The position numbers and the translations under genes were made by a program. Shown here piece by piece: positions 1 to 7,246 of a stretch of DNA of 64,000 nucleotides. Origin of the DNA: an uncultured virus (IMG/VR IMGVR_UViG_3300028173_000008). Taxonomy: Duplodnaviria > Heunggongvirae > Uroviricota > Caudoviricetes. The stretch lies in the IMG/VR virus record IMGVR_UViG_3300028173_000008, one strand, 5' to 3'. The notes beneath the pieces were generated by a model. It searched no databases, had not been told where the DNA came from, and saw nothing but the letters and a program-made list of their open reading frames with translations. Position 1 is the first letter of the stretch, and each line of letters begins with the position of its first letter.

Positions 1-449
1 TCAGCGATCCCGGACGTGACCCCCGAGGCCCGGTCATCTCGACCGCCTACATGGGCCTCGTCCGCCCCAAGGACGTGACCGTCAAGGCGGACGACGACGC
101 CTCCGACGCCCGCTGGTTCGACGTGGGCGACCTTCCCGACATGGCCTTCGACCACAACAAGATCCTCGCAGAGGGCCTCAAGCGCCTGCGCTCCAAGCTC
201 CGCTGGCAACCCGTTGGCCTCGGCCTGTTGGACGAGGAGTTCACCCTGACCGAGTTGCAGACCGTGTACGAGATTATCCTCGGCCACCAACTCCACAAGG
301 CCAGCTTCCGCCGCAAGGTGGAGAAGCTGGAGGTGCTCATCGACACCGGCAAGACCCGCAAGGCAGGCCACCGGCCCGCCAAGGTCTACCGCTTTGACAC
401 CCCCGCCTACCTCCAACTGGAGGGGCAGGGCATCGAGTTTGAGGTGTGA
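1..449 (+). CDS. nrtR: NrtR-like Nudix/winged-helix regulator (5' partial)
   Basis: DDASDARWF..LP.MAFDH..IL Nudix end, then EEFTLTELQTVYE.ILG..L.KASFRRK..GHRPAKVYRF NrtR wHTH; next to nadD. Confidence 0.85.
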   Translation, partial: SDPGRDPRGPVISTAYMGLVRPKDVTVKADDDASDARWFDVGDLPDMAFDHNKILAEGLKRLRSKLRWQPVGLGLLDEEFTLTELQTVYEIILGHQLHKASFRRKVEKLEVLIDTGKTRKAGHRPAKVYRFDTPAYLQLEGQGIEFEV

Positions 450-450
450 C

Positions 451-690
451 ATGGGAGACGTCTGCTACCAGCCTTCGGGCAGCACCAAGCCCGCCTGCGG
501 CAACAAGGGCAACCAGACCACCTCGGACATGGGGCAGGCCACCTGTCCTGACTGCTACCGTGTGATGCGGGACGGCTACGACCGTACACAGCTACAGATG
601 GTGGACTACCGGGAGTACGGGGCTTCTCCGCCCACGCCCAGTGAGCCAGAGCCCGAATGGAGCTTCTTCAACCTCGACACGGTGCATTAG
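451..690 (+). CDS. small hypothetical protein (CxxC)
   Basis: ORF packed between neighbouring genes. Confidence 0.5.
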   Translation: MGDVCYQPSGSTKPACGNKGNQTTSDMGQATCPDCYRVMRDGYDRTQLQMVDYREYGASPPTPSEPEPEWSFFNLDTVH

Positions 691-960
691 ATGACTGGAC
701 AGGCAGGAACACCCGACGGCCCTGAGTGCGTGTGCTTGAACTGTGAGAGAGGCGTGCTCAGCAAGGTGTTCCTCCACGAGGAGCAGCAAGGGTTCGTCAT
801 CTTCGCCATGGAGGGGGAGACGGACGGCCTCATCGTCCAGCGTGACCCCCGTGACGGCAAGGCCAAGGTCATGATCGGGCCGGTACGCATCGAGACGCCG
901 CCTACCGTGACGGAAGACCCCGACTGCTACGAGATGGGCAGCTACGGAGGCACCGACTGA
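691..960 (+). CDS. hypothetical protein
   Basis: ORF abutting both neighbours. Confidence 0.55.
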   Translation: MTGQAGTPDGPECVCLNCERGVLSKVFLHEEQQGFVIFAMEGETDGLIVQRDPRDGKAKVMIGPVRIETPPTVTEDPDCYEMGSYGGTD

Positions 961-1532
961 TGTGGCGCTACGGGATCTTCGGGGGCGGCTTCAACCCGCC
1001 ACACCTTGCCCATGTCATGACGGCGGCCTACGCCATCGCACAGCGCAACCTCGAGATCCTGTACGTCAGCCCCTGCGGCCACCACGCCTTCGCCAAGAAC
1101 GACAAGCTGATCCCGTGGGAACACCGGGCCGAGATGTGCCGCAGGGCCTTCGAGGGCTTCGGAGGCACCGTCCGCATCCCCAAGTGGGAGGAGAAGGGCG
1201 ACTACACCTATACGGTCGATCTGCTCCGTGACGTAGCCCGCCACGGGGAACCCCACCTCATCATCGGATCGGACAACTGGGATCTCCGCCACCAGTGGAA
1301 GGGGTGGGACGAGATCCTCGACATCCTTGGCGGGGAGGAGCGCATCCTCGTGGTCCCCCGTCCCGATACCAAGATGGCCGAACAGTTGGGGTGGGCGATG
1401 CCCGACGTTTCATCCACCCGCCTCCGGGAATTGATCGCTGCGGGCAATACGGACGAGGTTCTTAAGTGGGTGCCCCCGTCTGTGGTCGCCTACATCAGAC
1501 ACCACGGTCTCTACGGACACACCACACGATAG
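960..1532 (+). CDS. nadD: nicotinate-nucleotide adenylyltransferase
   Basis: GIFGGGFNPPHLAH, IIGSDN..L.QW, DVSST..R, YIR.HGLY. Confidence 0.9.
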   Translation: MWRYGIFGGGFNPPHLAHVMTAAYAIAQRNLEILYVSPCGHHAFAKNDKLIPWEHRAEMCRRAFEGFGGTVRIPKWEEKGDYTYTVDLLRDVARHGEPHLIIGSDNWDLRHQWKGWDEILDILGGEERILVVPRPDTKMAEQLGWAMPDVSSTRLRELIAAGNTDEVLKWVPPSVVAYIRHHGLYGHTTR

Positions 1533-1575
1533 ACCCCCGACATCACACCAGATCCAACTTTTCTTCCCCGAAGTG

Positions 1576-1603
1576 GGCTTAGGCCCCTCCGGTTTCGGGT
1601 TGA
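1576..1603 (+). promoter_or_regulatory. phage bipartite promoter motif GGCTTAG-N14-GGGTTGA
   Basis: one of at least 15 intergenic copies with the same spacing. Confidence 0.7.
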
Positions 1604-1644
1604 GGGAAAGTAACGGGGAAAGTTCCCCGGCCTGAGAAAAACCC

Positions 1645-1673
1645 TTGACAGGGACCCAGGCTGCCGTTATTCC
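1645..1673 (+). promoter_or_regulatory. sigma70-type promoter of + tRNA operon
   Basis: TTGACA-17-TATTCC; context TGAGAAAA..CCTTGACAGG also found at the - operon. Confidence 0.6.
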
Positions 1674-1720
1674 TTTGAGCAAGTGCCGCCGAATGATCGG
1701 CGAGCGGAGGTTTTGGTTCC

Positions 1721-1879
1721 ATGTTGATCACGACGAAAAACGAACGCAGAAAGCGTCAAGCGCACGGGGCAACCCTGGCGTCGAAGCGCGACTCTCTGTT
1801 CGCAGCAGTCGTGAATCACCAGCCTGCCCCCGCCGCCATTGAGGGTTGTGATGACCCGATGGGGGCACCCGGCGAGTAA
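1721..1879 (+). CDS. 52-aa leader peptide (putative attenuator) MLITTKNERRKRQAHGATLASKRDSLFAAVVNHQPAPAAIEGCDDPMGAPGE
   Basis: GGAGG RBS, ATG 1721, TAA 1877-1879, terminator directly downstream. Confidence 0.75.
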   Translation: MLITTKNERRKRQAHGATLASKRDSLFAAVVNHQPAPAAIEGCDDPMGAPGE

Positions 1880-1903
1880 CCAAGCTCCATAAGTGGACTG
1901 GTG

Positions 1904-1938
1904 AAAGCCGGGTAACCGAAAGGTTCCCCGGCTTTTTT
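1904..1938 (+). terminator. intrinsic terminator (attenuator)
   Basis: AAGCCGGG-TAACC-GAAA-GGTT-CCCCGGCTT-TTTT. Confidence 0.85.
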
Positions 1939-1968
1939 GCTTCTTGGGCCTGAGTTGGAACGTAGGGC

Positions 1969-2014
1969 CTACCCGGTAGCACCGGGAGTTGCGGTCTTTG
2001 ACAACTGAATAGTA
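1969..2014 (+). promoter_or_regulatory. rrn-like boxB hairpin + boxA antitermination site
   Basis: hairpin CCCGGT-agc-ACCGGG then GGTCTTTGACAACTGAATAGTA. Confidence 0.75.
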
Positions 2015-2165
2015 CGTGAAAACGCACCAACGAGGGCAGGGCGGGTCTAGCCCACTCGTCCTGCCCTCATTTTCATAATGAACCCGTGCCCCGGTGGGCA
2101 CGGCCAATCCCCTAACGGGGCAAGGTCAAGCAGGCTCAACACCTGCCACGGGTTCCCATGTTCAT

Positions 2166-2242
2166 GGTGGACGTAGCTCAATAGGTAGAGCCCCGGGTTG
2201 TGATCCCGGTGGTTGCGGGTTCGAAGCCCGTCGTTCACCCCA
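2166..2242 (+). tRNA. tRNA-His(GTG)
   Basis: cloverleaf, G-1:C73, CCA. Confidence 0.9.
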
Positions 2243-2255
2243 TGAGAGGGGCTAA

Positions 2256-2337
2256 GGTCTGGTGTCCCGCACGGAGACGTGCAAAGGCAGCGTCGTCTAG
2301 GGTAGGCCACCCAACGATGACGGCGTTGTACTAGACC
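2256..2337 (+). ncRNA. unassigned structured RNA
   Basis: GGTCTGGT/ACTAGACC closing stem; 11-bp GCAGCGTCGTC/GACGGCGTTGT helix. Confidence 0.45.
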
Positions 2338-2410
2338 ACATTATTCCGGCGAAGCTCATCTGGTAGAGCGGGCGGTTGACAACCGAAGGGTCTTGCCTTA
2401 CTTTGAGGGC

Positions 2411-2821
2411 ATGAACAAGAGCCCTAAAACTATCGGCGAGCGCAGTGAAGGCATGGTGCTGGCAGCCCTCTTGAGGGCGGGCAAGGTTGTGTTGCAACCC
2501 TTCGGGGACAACCAACGGTACGACCTTGTGGTGGATGAGGATGGGAAATTCATCCGGGTCCAGTGCAAGACCGCCCGCTTGAAGAACGGCGCTTTGGCCT
2601 TCGATACATGCTCCTCTCAAACCCATCGGGGGAAGGGGAAGCAAGATTACAGGGGGCAAGCGGACTTGTTTGGGGTCTATTCTCCTGACAGGGACGCCGT
2701 GTACCTTGTACCCGTTGAGGATGTCGGGGTTACCCAAGCCCGACTCAGGCTGTCCAAACCTCGTAATGGCCAATCCAAAGGCGTCCGCTTTGCGGCGGAT
2801 TATCTTCTCGATCTGGGGTAG
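2411..2821 (+). CDS. PD-(D/E)XK endonuclease (I-Ssp6803I/PDDEXK_5-like)
   Basis: GERSE..V...L..PFGDNQRYDLVVD..RVQCKT..Y..ADLFGVY. Confidence 0.85.
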   Translation: MNKSPKTIGERSEGMVLAALLRAGKVVLQPFGDNQRYDLVVDEDGKFIRVQCKTARLKNGALAFDTCSSQTHRGKGKQDYRGQADLFGVYSPDRDAVYLVPVEDVGVTQARLRLSKPRNGQSKGVRFAADYLLDLG

Positions 2822-2884
2822 CTCAATAGGTAGAGCGCCGGTCTGTTAAATCGGTTGTTGAGGGTTCAAGTCCCTCCCCCAGAG
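2812..2884 (+). tRNA. tRNA-Asn(GTT), cassette cargo
   Basis: cloverleaf; ORF stop TAG = positions 8-10. Confidence 0.9.
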
Positions 2885-2931
2885 CTACAAGCTCCTCATG
2901 TTGTGGGTTCGAGTCCCACCGCCGGAGCTTG

Positions 2932-3431
2932 AAGGGCTGGCTGTTCCCTTTCGGGGGTTCAGTCTGTGACGGGCCGTATGGGGTCCGTAGGAAACATCGG
3001 AGCAATCCGGTGGAAGGGGAGTCCTTGTCACAGGCCCCCGCCAGTCACCTCTCGGGGTGGTTGGTCCGTCCATGCAAGCCGTAGGTAGCCCGGTCAGGGC
3101 GGGTCGTCCACCAAAGGCGGCTCTAGTCCCGAGTCTGGGGTTGGCCCCACCGACAGGTGGGTGAAGCATGGCCTGTCAGCGATGGCAGTCATGCGAAGGA
3201 TAGGCGGGGACGCCTTGAGCCAACCAATCCAACTGGACGAAGGAGGATTCCCAAGCGGCAGTCGGTCAGTTTGAGGGGTGGGAGCCCTGAAGGCGGTCGG
3301 CATGTAGAGGGGCGAAGGGTGAAATCCCCGGAGTCCTGAAGACAGGGTAAAGCCCGCCGGGGCGAATACCAGAGGACGTGTTGCATTCCCCTCCTCAAAA
3401 GGGAAGGGAACGACTGGCAGGGCACGCCCTT
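2932..3431 (+). ncRNA. large (~500 nt) structured non-coding RNA
   Basis: no credible ORF; AAGGGC/GCCCTT ends pair; UUCG/GNRA-type hairpins; flanked by tRNAs. Confidence 0.55.
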
Positions 3432-3437
3432 ATGACA

Positions 3438-3510
3438 TGCGAATTAGCTCAGTTGGTAGAGCGCATCCTTCGTAGGGATGAGGTCGTTGGTTCAAGTCCA
3501 ACCCTTGCAA
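3438..3510 (+). tRNA. tRNA-Thr(CGT), imperfect acceptor stem
   Basis: good D, anticodon and T arms; 2 acceptor mismatches. Confidence 0.6.
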
Positions 3511-3845
3511 ACAAAGGAAAGACCCTGCCGGTCTGTGTGGTAAGTGACCTAATCCCGTCCCCGCAAGGGAAGGCGGGCCGGTGAAGCCCCCAAGGTGGAG
3601 CCGGTTGGTGGGAAGCTGAAGCGTAGGGGCGGCCACCCCTGCCGGATGTGGAAAGCCGATGCAGCACAGGCGACGAGGGAAACGCCACCCTCCAACAAAG
3701 GCGGTCACGACTGGCTACCGGGGAGACCCGGTGGACACGGGGAGAACTTGGCGGGGGACCGTCAAGGTAATGCCCTGAGAGGCCGGTTATGAAAACGGGT
3801 AGTCTCACCGTTCCTCATTCTCCCCTCCCTTCGGGGCGGGGACTA
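3511..3845 (+). ncRNA. ~330 nt structured non-coding RNA
   Basis: CCCC-GCAA-GGGG, CCGGG-gaga-CCCGG, CCC-TTCG-GGG hairpins; between tRNAs. Confidence 0.45.
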
Positions 3846-3846
3846 T

Positions 3847-3923
3847 CGGAGAGTAGCGCAGCCTGGTAGCGCACCTGGTTCGGGACCAGGGGGTCGGGGG
3901 TTCGAATCCCCCCTCTCCGACCA
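3847..3923 (+). tRNA. tRNA-Pro(CGG)
   Basis: cloverleaf, CCA. Confidence 0.92.
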
Positions 3924-3955
3924 CGACAGAGACAGCCCGGAGAGACGGGCACCAT

Positions 3956-4029
3956 CGGGATGTGGCGCAGTCTGGCAGCGCACTTGGCTGGGGGCCAAGG
4001 GGCCGTCGGTTCGAATCCGACCATCCCGA
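3956..4029 (+). tRNA. tRNA-Pro(GGG)
   Basis: cloverleaf. Confidence 0.9.
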
Positions 4030-4037
4030 CTTTCAAT

Positions 4038-4108
4038 CCTGACCTAGCTCAATGGCAGAGCGCTCGGCTGTGGACCGGGAGATTCGGGTTCAACTCCCGG
4101 GGTTAGGA
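4038..4108 (+). tRNA. tRNA with GTG anticodon (atypical His, U-1:A73)
   Basis: cloverleaf CCTGACC/GGTTAGG. Confidence 0.7.
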
Positions 4109-4190
4109 CGGACAAGGGCTATGGGGTAGAGGCCGAAGTTGGACGAGGCACATTAGACTGGCTATACTCTCCTCATTAGTAGGAGGTAGC

Positions 4191-4811
4191 ATGTACAAGG
4201 AAGCCACGAAGCAAGAGGCCCTCCGCCTTCGCCAACAGCAGCGCCTTTCCCTTCGAGAGATCCAAGCCCAAACAGGGGTCTCTAAAGGAACCCTCTCCAA
4301 GTGGTTGCAGGGGATGCCGTTAGACAGGGAAGAGGTGCGGGCAAAACTCCGCCTCAATGGAACCAGCAAGGGACGAGCAAAAGCTGACCGGGTTGAATCT
4401 GCCTTACACCGCCGTTTCGGTGTTCCCATGAACAGCCACTACAAGGCTAAGATTGCAGAAGCAGCGATCCTTCTTCGGGCTGGCTTGTTGGGGGTGGATA
4501 CCTACCAGAGCCCCTTTGATGGAGACAAGGCCGACTGGGTGTTTGATGTGAAGGGACGCCTCCTTAAGGTGCAGGTGAAATGGGCGGCCACACCAGCCAA
4601 ACATGGGGCACCACAAGTGAAAGTACGATGTGCCGGGGGCCGTTCTGGACTCCGGTGCTACACGGAGGGGGAATTCGACATTCTTGTAGGATATGACCTT
4701 TACACCGACACTGCCTATGTGTGGACGTGGGATGAGGTGAAGGATTTCACCAGCACTGTTTCCTGTTGGGATGAAGCAGAGGAACGCTGGGACAAGATCA
4801 CGGTCTCATAG
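4191..4811 (+). CDS. HTH + PD-(D/E)XK endonuclease
   Basis: LSLREIQAQTGVSKGTLSKWL HTH; IAEAA..PFDGDKADW..KVQVK..Y.EGEFD. Confidence 0.85.
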   Translation: MYKEATKQEALRLRQQQRLSLREIQAQTGVSKGTLSKWLQGMPLDREEVRAKLRLNGTSKGRAKADRVESALHRRFGVPMNSHYKAKIAEAAILLRAGLLGVDTYQSPFDGDKADWVFDVKGRLLKVQVKWAATPAKHGAPQVKVRCAGGRSGLRCYTEGEFDILVGYDLYTDTAYVWTWDEVKDFTSTVSCWDEAEERWDKITVS

Positions 4812-4879
4812 GGGAGTCAGGAGTCCCCACCTGCCTGTCACGCAGGAGATCCCGGGTTCAAATCCCGGTGGGACCGCCA
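4802..4879 (+). tRNA. tRNA-Asp(GTC), cassette cargo
   Basis: cloverleaf, CCA; ORF stop TAG = positions 8-10. Confidence 0.9.
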
Positions 4880-5050
4880 GAGGAAGCGGGTTCGAGTCCC
4901 GTCTATCCCGCCAATCGCCGGGGGTGAAACCCGGAGGAACACAGTGGAAGCAGCAGGCTCCCCCTCGGGGGAGGCCGTGCAAGCGTAACTCCTGCCGTGG
5001 AAGCTGTGGAAAACCGGGCGAATCCCCACTTGGGACCTTGTGGACACGCA

Positions 5051-5138
5051 GGCTGGGTAGCTCCAATCGGCAGAGCGCTGGGCAACGCTTGCACGGCTTT
5101 GGGCCCAGAGGTAGGGGGTTCGAGTCCTTCCCTGGGTA
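5051..5138 (+). pseudogene. tRNA-like RNA with ~19-21 nt anticodon loop
   Basis: D and T arms intact, CTGGGC/GCCCAG stem, weak acceptor. Confidence 0.55.
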
Positions 5139-5179
5139 CACAAGAAGCGGGATGTCCAAGTTCCAACGGCGATTTTCAT

Positions 5180-5252
5180 GGGGGTGAGGTCTGCTGGGCG
5201 GACGCTGGCTTGTCAGGTCAGAACGGGGAGGGTTCGATTCCCTTCACTCCCG
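5180..5252 (+). tRNA. tRNA-Asp(GTC)
   Basis: cloverleaf. Confidence 0.75.
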
Positions 5253-5256
5253 CTTT

Positions 5257-5329
5257 GGGTCCGTAGTGTTAATGTAGCATCCCTGGCTCTTAACCAGGCG
5301 GGTGGCGGGTTCAAGTCCCCCCGGACTCA
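5257..5329 (+). tRNA. tRNA-Lys(CTT)
   Basis: cloverleaf, atypical D loop. Confidence 0.7.
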
Positions 5330-5344
5330 CTGAAGTGTTTTCAT

Positions 5345-5417
5345 CCCTCCGTGGCGCAATTGGTAGCGCAAACGGCTCTTAACCGTGAGGTTGAAGGTTC
5401 GATTCCTTCCGGGGGGA
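5345..5417 (+). tRNA. tRNA-Lys(CTT)
   Basis: cloverleaf. Confidence 0.88.
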
Positions 5418-5435
5418 CTAGCGTTTGTACTTTGT

Positions 5436-5512
5436 GACCCCGTCGTCTAGTTGGCTAGGACACCAGACTCTCAATCTGGAGATCGCCGGTTCAAACCCGG
5501 TCGGGGTTACCA
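5436..5512 (+). tRNA. tRNA-Glu(CTC)
   Basis: cloverleaf, CCA. Confidence 0.9.
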
Positions 5513-5513
5513 T

Positions 5514-5587
5514 CCTCCCGTAGCTCAGTAGGTAGAGCGGCGGCCCGATAAGCCGTGACAGCGAAGGTTCAATTCCTTTCGGGAGGA
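5514..5587 (+). tRNA. tRNA-Ile(GAT)
   Basis: cloverleaf (C33). Confidence 0.85.
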
Positions 5588-5614
5588 CTAGCAGAGGACT
5601 GTGGTGCTGGTTCA

Positions 5615-5687
5615 GCATAGATAGCTCAATTGGTTGAGCATCGGTCATTCAAACCGACGGTTACAGGTTCGATCCCTGTTCGTTTGC
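5615..5687 (+). pseudogene. degenerate tRNA (TTC loop)
   Basis: D, anticodon and T arms present; acceptor poorly paired; A33. Confidence 0.5.
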
Positions 5688-5721
5688 AACAGCCCGACAC
5701 CCGACCTTCCTCTGCTTCCCT

Positions 5722-5841
5722 CGAACAGTAGCTCAGTGTTGATGTACCCCCGCCAAGTTGCCGGTTGATGAAGCGGAAGGGCATCGATAGGGAGAGCGCC
5801 GGGACACTCGGAGGCCGCTGGTTCAAACCCAGCCTGTTCGA
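5722..5841 (+). ncRNA. tRNA-like RNA with ~53-nt D-loop hairpin insert and no anticodon loop
   Basis: CGAACAG/CTGTTCG acceptor, GCTC/GAGC D stem, CCGGG-ACA-CTCGG, GCTGG-TTCAAAC-CCAGC. Confidence 0.75.
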
Positions 5842-5845
5842 CTTT

Positions 5846-5917
5846 GCGGGCGTAGCTCAGTGGTAGAGCATCGGGTTGCCAATCCGAAGGTCGTGGGTTC
5901 GAATCCCATCGCCCGCT
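5846..5917 (+). tRNA. tRNA-Gly(GCC)
   Basis: cloverleaf. Confidence 0.92.
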
Positions 5918-5921
5918 CTAT

Positions 5922-5995
5922 GGTGTGGTCTTCTAATTGGCTAGGAAATCGGCCTTTCAAGCCGGGGAATGCGGGTTCGAATCCCGTCCACACTA
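5922..5995 (+). tRNA. tRNA-Glu(TTC)
   Basis: cloverleaf. Confidence 0.9.
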
Positions 5996-6168
5996 CAAGA
6001 AGTCCGGTAGCCACCGGACGCGGCCGGAGACACCCCCGGTCGTCAGTCAGGTTGGCATCTGACGAACAGGGTAGCCGATCCCCGGTAATGGGGCGTCGTC
6101 AGGGAGGCGAAAGTAGGGCAACCGAAGGACGGTCTGAAATACATCGTCCGGGTCTTACCCCTGATCAT

Positions 6169-6244
6169 GGGGCCTTAGCTCACTTGGGAGAGCGTCGGGA
6201 TGGCATTCCGAAGGTAGCGGGTTCGATCCCCGCAGGCTCCACCA
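6169..6244 (+). tRNA. tRNA-Ala(GGC)
   Basis: cloverleaf, G3:U70, CCA. Confidence 0.92.
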
Positions 6245-6273
6245 GGGCTTAGTTGCAGATCTATCTGCGTTGA

Positions 6274-6347
6274 TGGGGCGTCGTCCAAAGGCAGGACCCT
6301 GGGTTTTGGTCCCAGTGATGAGGGTTCGAATCCTTCCGCCTCAGCCA
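6274..6347 (+). tRNA. tRNA-Gln(TTG)
   Basis: cloverleaf, CCA. Confidence 0.9.
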
Positions 6348-6361
6348 TTCAAGGAGGTGTC

Positions 6362-7162
6362 ATGAGCAAGATAGTAAAAGGCACCTCCCGGAGCGGTGTA
6401 GGAACTACGTTGGTGGTTCCGCAGCACCGGCTGGTGTTCGACATGGGGGCTCCCCTGGTGGAGTCCTTGGGCGTCCGTAAGGTGTTCATCACCCACGGGC
6501 ACATGGATCACGCAGGGGCTCTGGTGTTCCACGCCAGCACACGGGGAATGATGGGAATGGGGCCGCCCCTGTTCCACGTCCCGGCCTGGATGGAAGCCGA
6601 CCTTCGGGTGATACTGAAGGCCGCCGCCCGCCTCAACGGTGGGGGAGTCCAGTTCGACATGGTCCCCATGGAAGCGGGCAAGAGTCACGATCTGGGAGGG
6701 CCTCGCAGAGTGGTGCCCTTCTACACCGACCACCGGCTACCGTGCCTCGGCTACAAGGTCTACCAGACCCGAAACAAGCTCCGGGATGAGTTCATAGGAC
6801 TTCCCGGAGAGGAGATCGGGCGGCTTCGGAAGGGTGGAACGGAAGTCACCCGTGAGGTAGAAGCCTTGGCACACACGCACGTAGGGGACAGCCGGGTGAC
6901 CGTGCTGGACAAACACCCCGAGGTGTTCCAGTCAGATGTGCTGGTGCTGGAGTGTACGTTCGTGGGCGACTACTCCTTGGAGGAGACCCACAGGCGGGGA
7001 CACACGCACCTGTCCGAACTGGCGGAACGTGCGGAACTGTTCAAGGACGTGAAGGCCGTTGTCCTGACACACTTCTCGATGCGACACAGCGAGAAGGAGG
7101 TCAAGGCGGAGGTCGCCAAGCTCCCCGAGTCCCTTCGGGACAAGATCCACCTCGTTTTCTAG
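6362..7162 (+). CDS. rnz: ribonuclease Z (MBL fold)
   Basis: FITHGHMDH, GDS, LECTF, RGHTH, LTHFSMRH, short exosite. Confidence 0.85.
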   Translation: MSKIVKGTSRSGVGTTLVVPQHRLVFDMGAPLVESLGVRKVFITHGHMDHAGALVFHASTRGMMGMGPPLFHVPAWMEADLRVILKAAARLNGGGVQFDMVPMEAGKSHDLGGPRRVVPFYTDHRLPCLGYKVYQTRNKLRDEFIGLPGEEIGRLRKGGTEVTREVEALAHTHVGDSRVTVLDKHPEVFQSDVLVLECTFVGDYSLEETHRRGHTHLSELAERAELFKDVKAVVLTHFSMRHSEKEVKAEVAKLPESLRDKIHLVF

Positions 7163-7246
7163 CCCCCTCTCGGGGGCATCATTGGGGCATAGCTCAATTG
7201 GTAGAGTACCGTTGAACTTTGTGCGCTTTACCCTTACACTAGAAGC

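Larger units (their letters stand above)
2345..2927 (+). mobile_element. split tRNA (Asn-type) interrupted by PD-(D/E)XK nuclease + tRNA-Asn cassette
   Basis: 5' half TCCGGCG..D arm at 2345; 3' half T arm + CGCCGGA-G at 2894-2927. Confidence 0.85.
4123..4913 (+). mobile_element. split tRNA (Asp-type) interrupted by HTH-PD-(D/E)XK nuclease + tRNA-Asp cassette
   Basis: 5' half GGGGTAG..D arm 4123-4151; 3' half T arm + CTATCCC-G-CCA 4880-4913. Confidence 0.85.

Noticed and set aside
2345..2927. Group I intron in tRNA
   Set aside because: Flanks are too short for a ribozyme core, an intact tRNA fills the insert, and the remnant anticodon arms are degenerate or missing.
5615..5687. Selenocysteine or opal suppressor tRNA (TCA)
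   Set aside because: The 7-nt loop CATTCAA centres on TTC, and there is no long variable arm.
2823..6252. ORF-track ORFs over the tRNA arrays, other than the nucleases
   Set aside because: They overlap tRNAs or structured RNA and lack an RBS or protein motifs.
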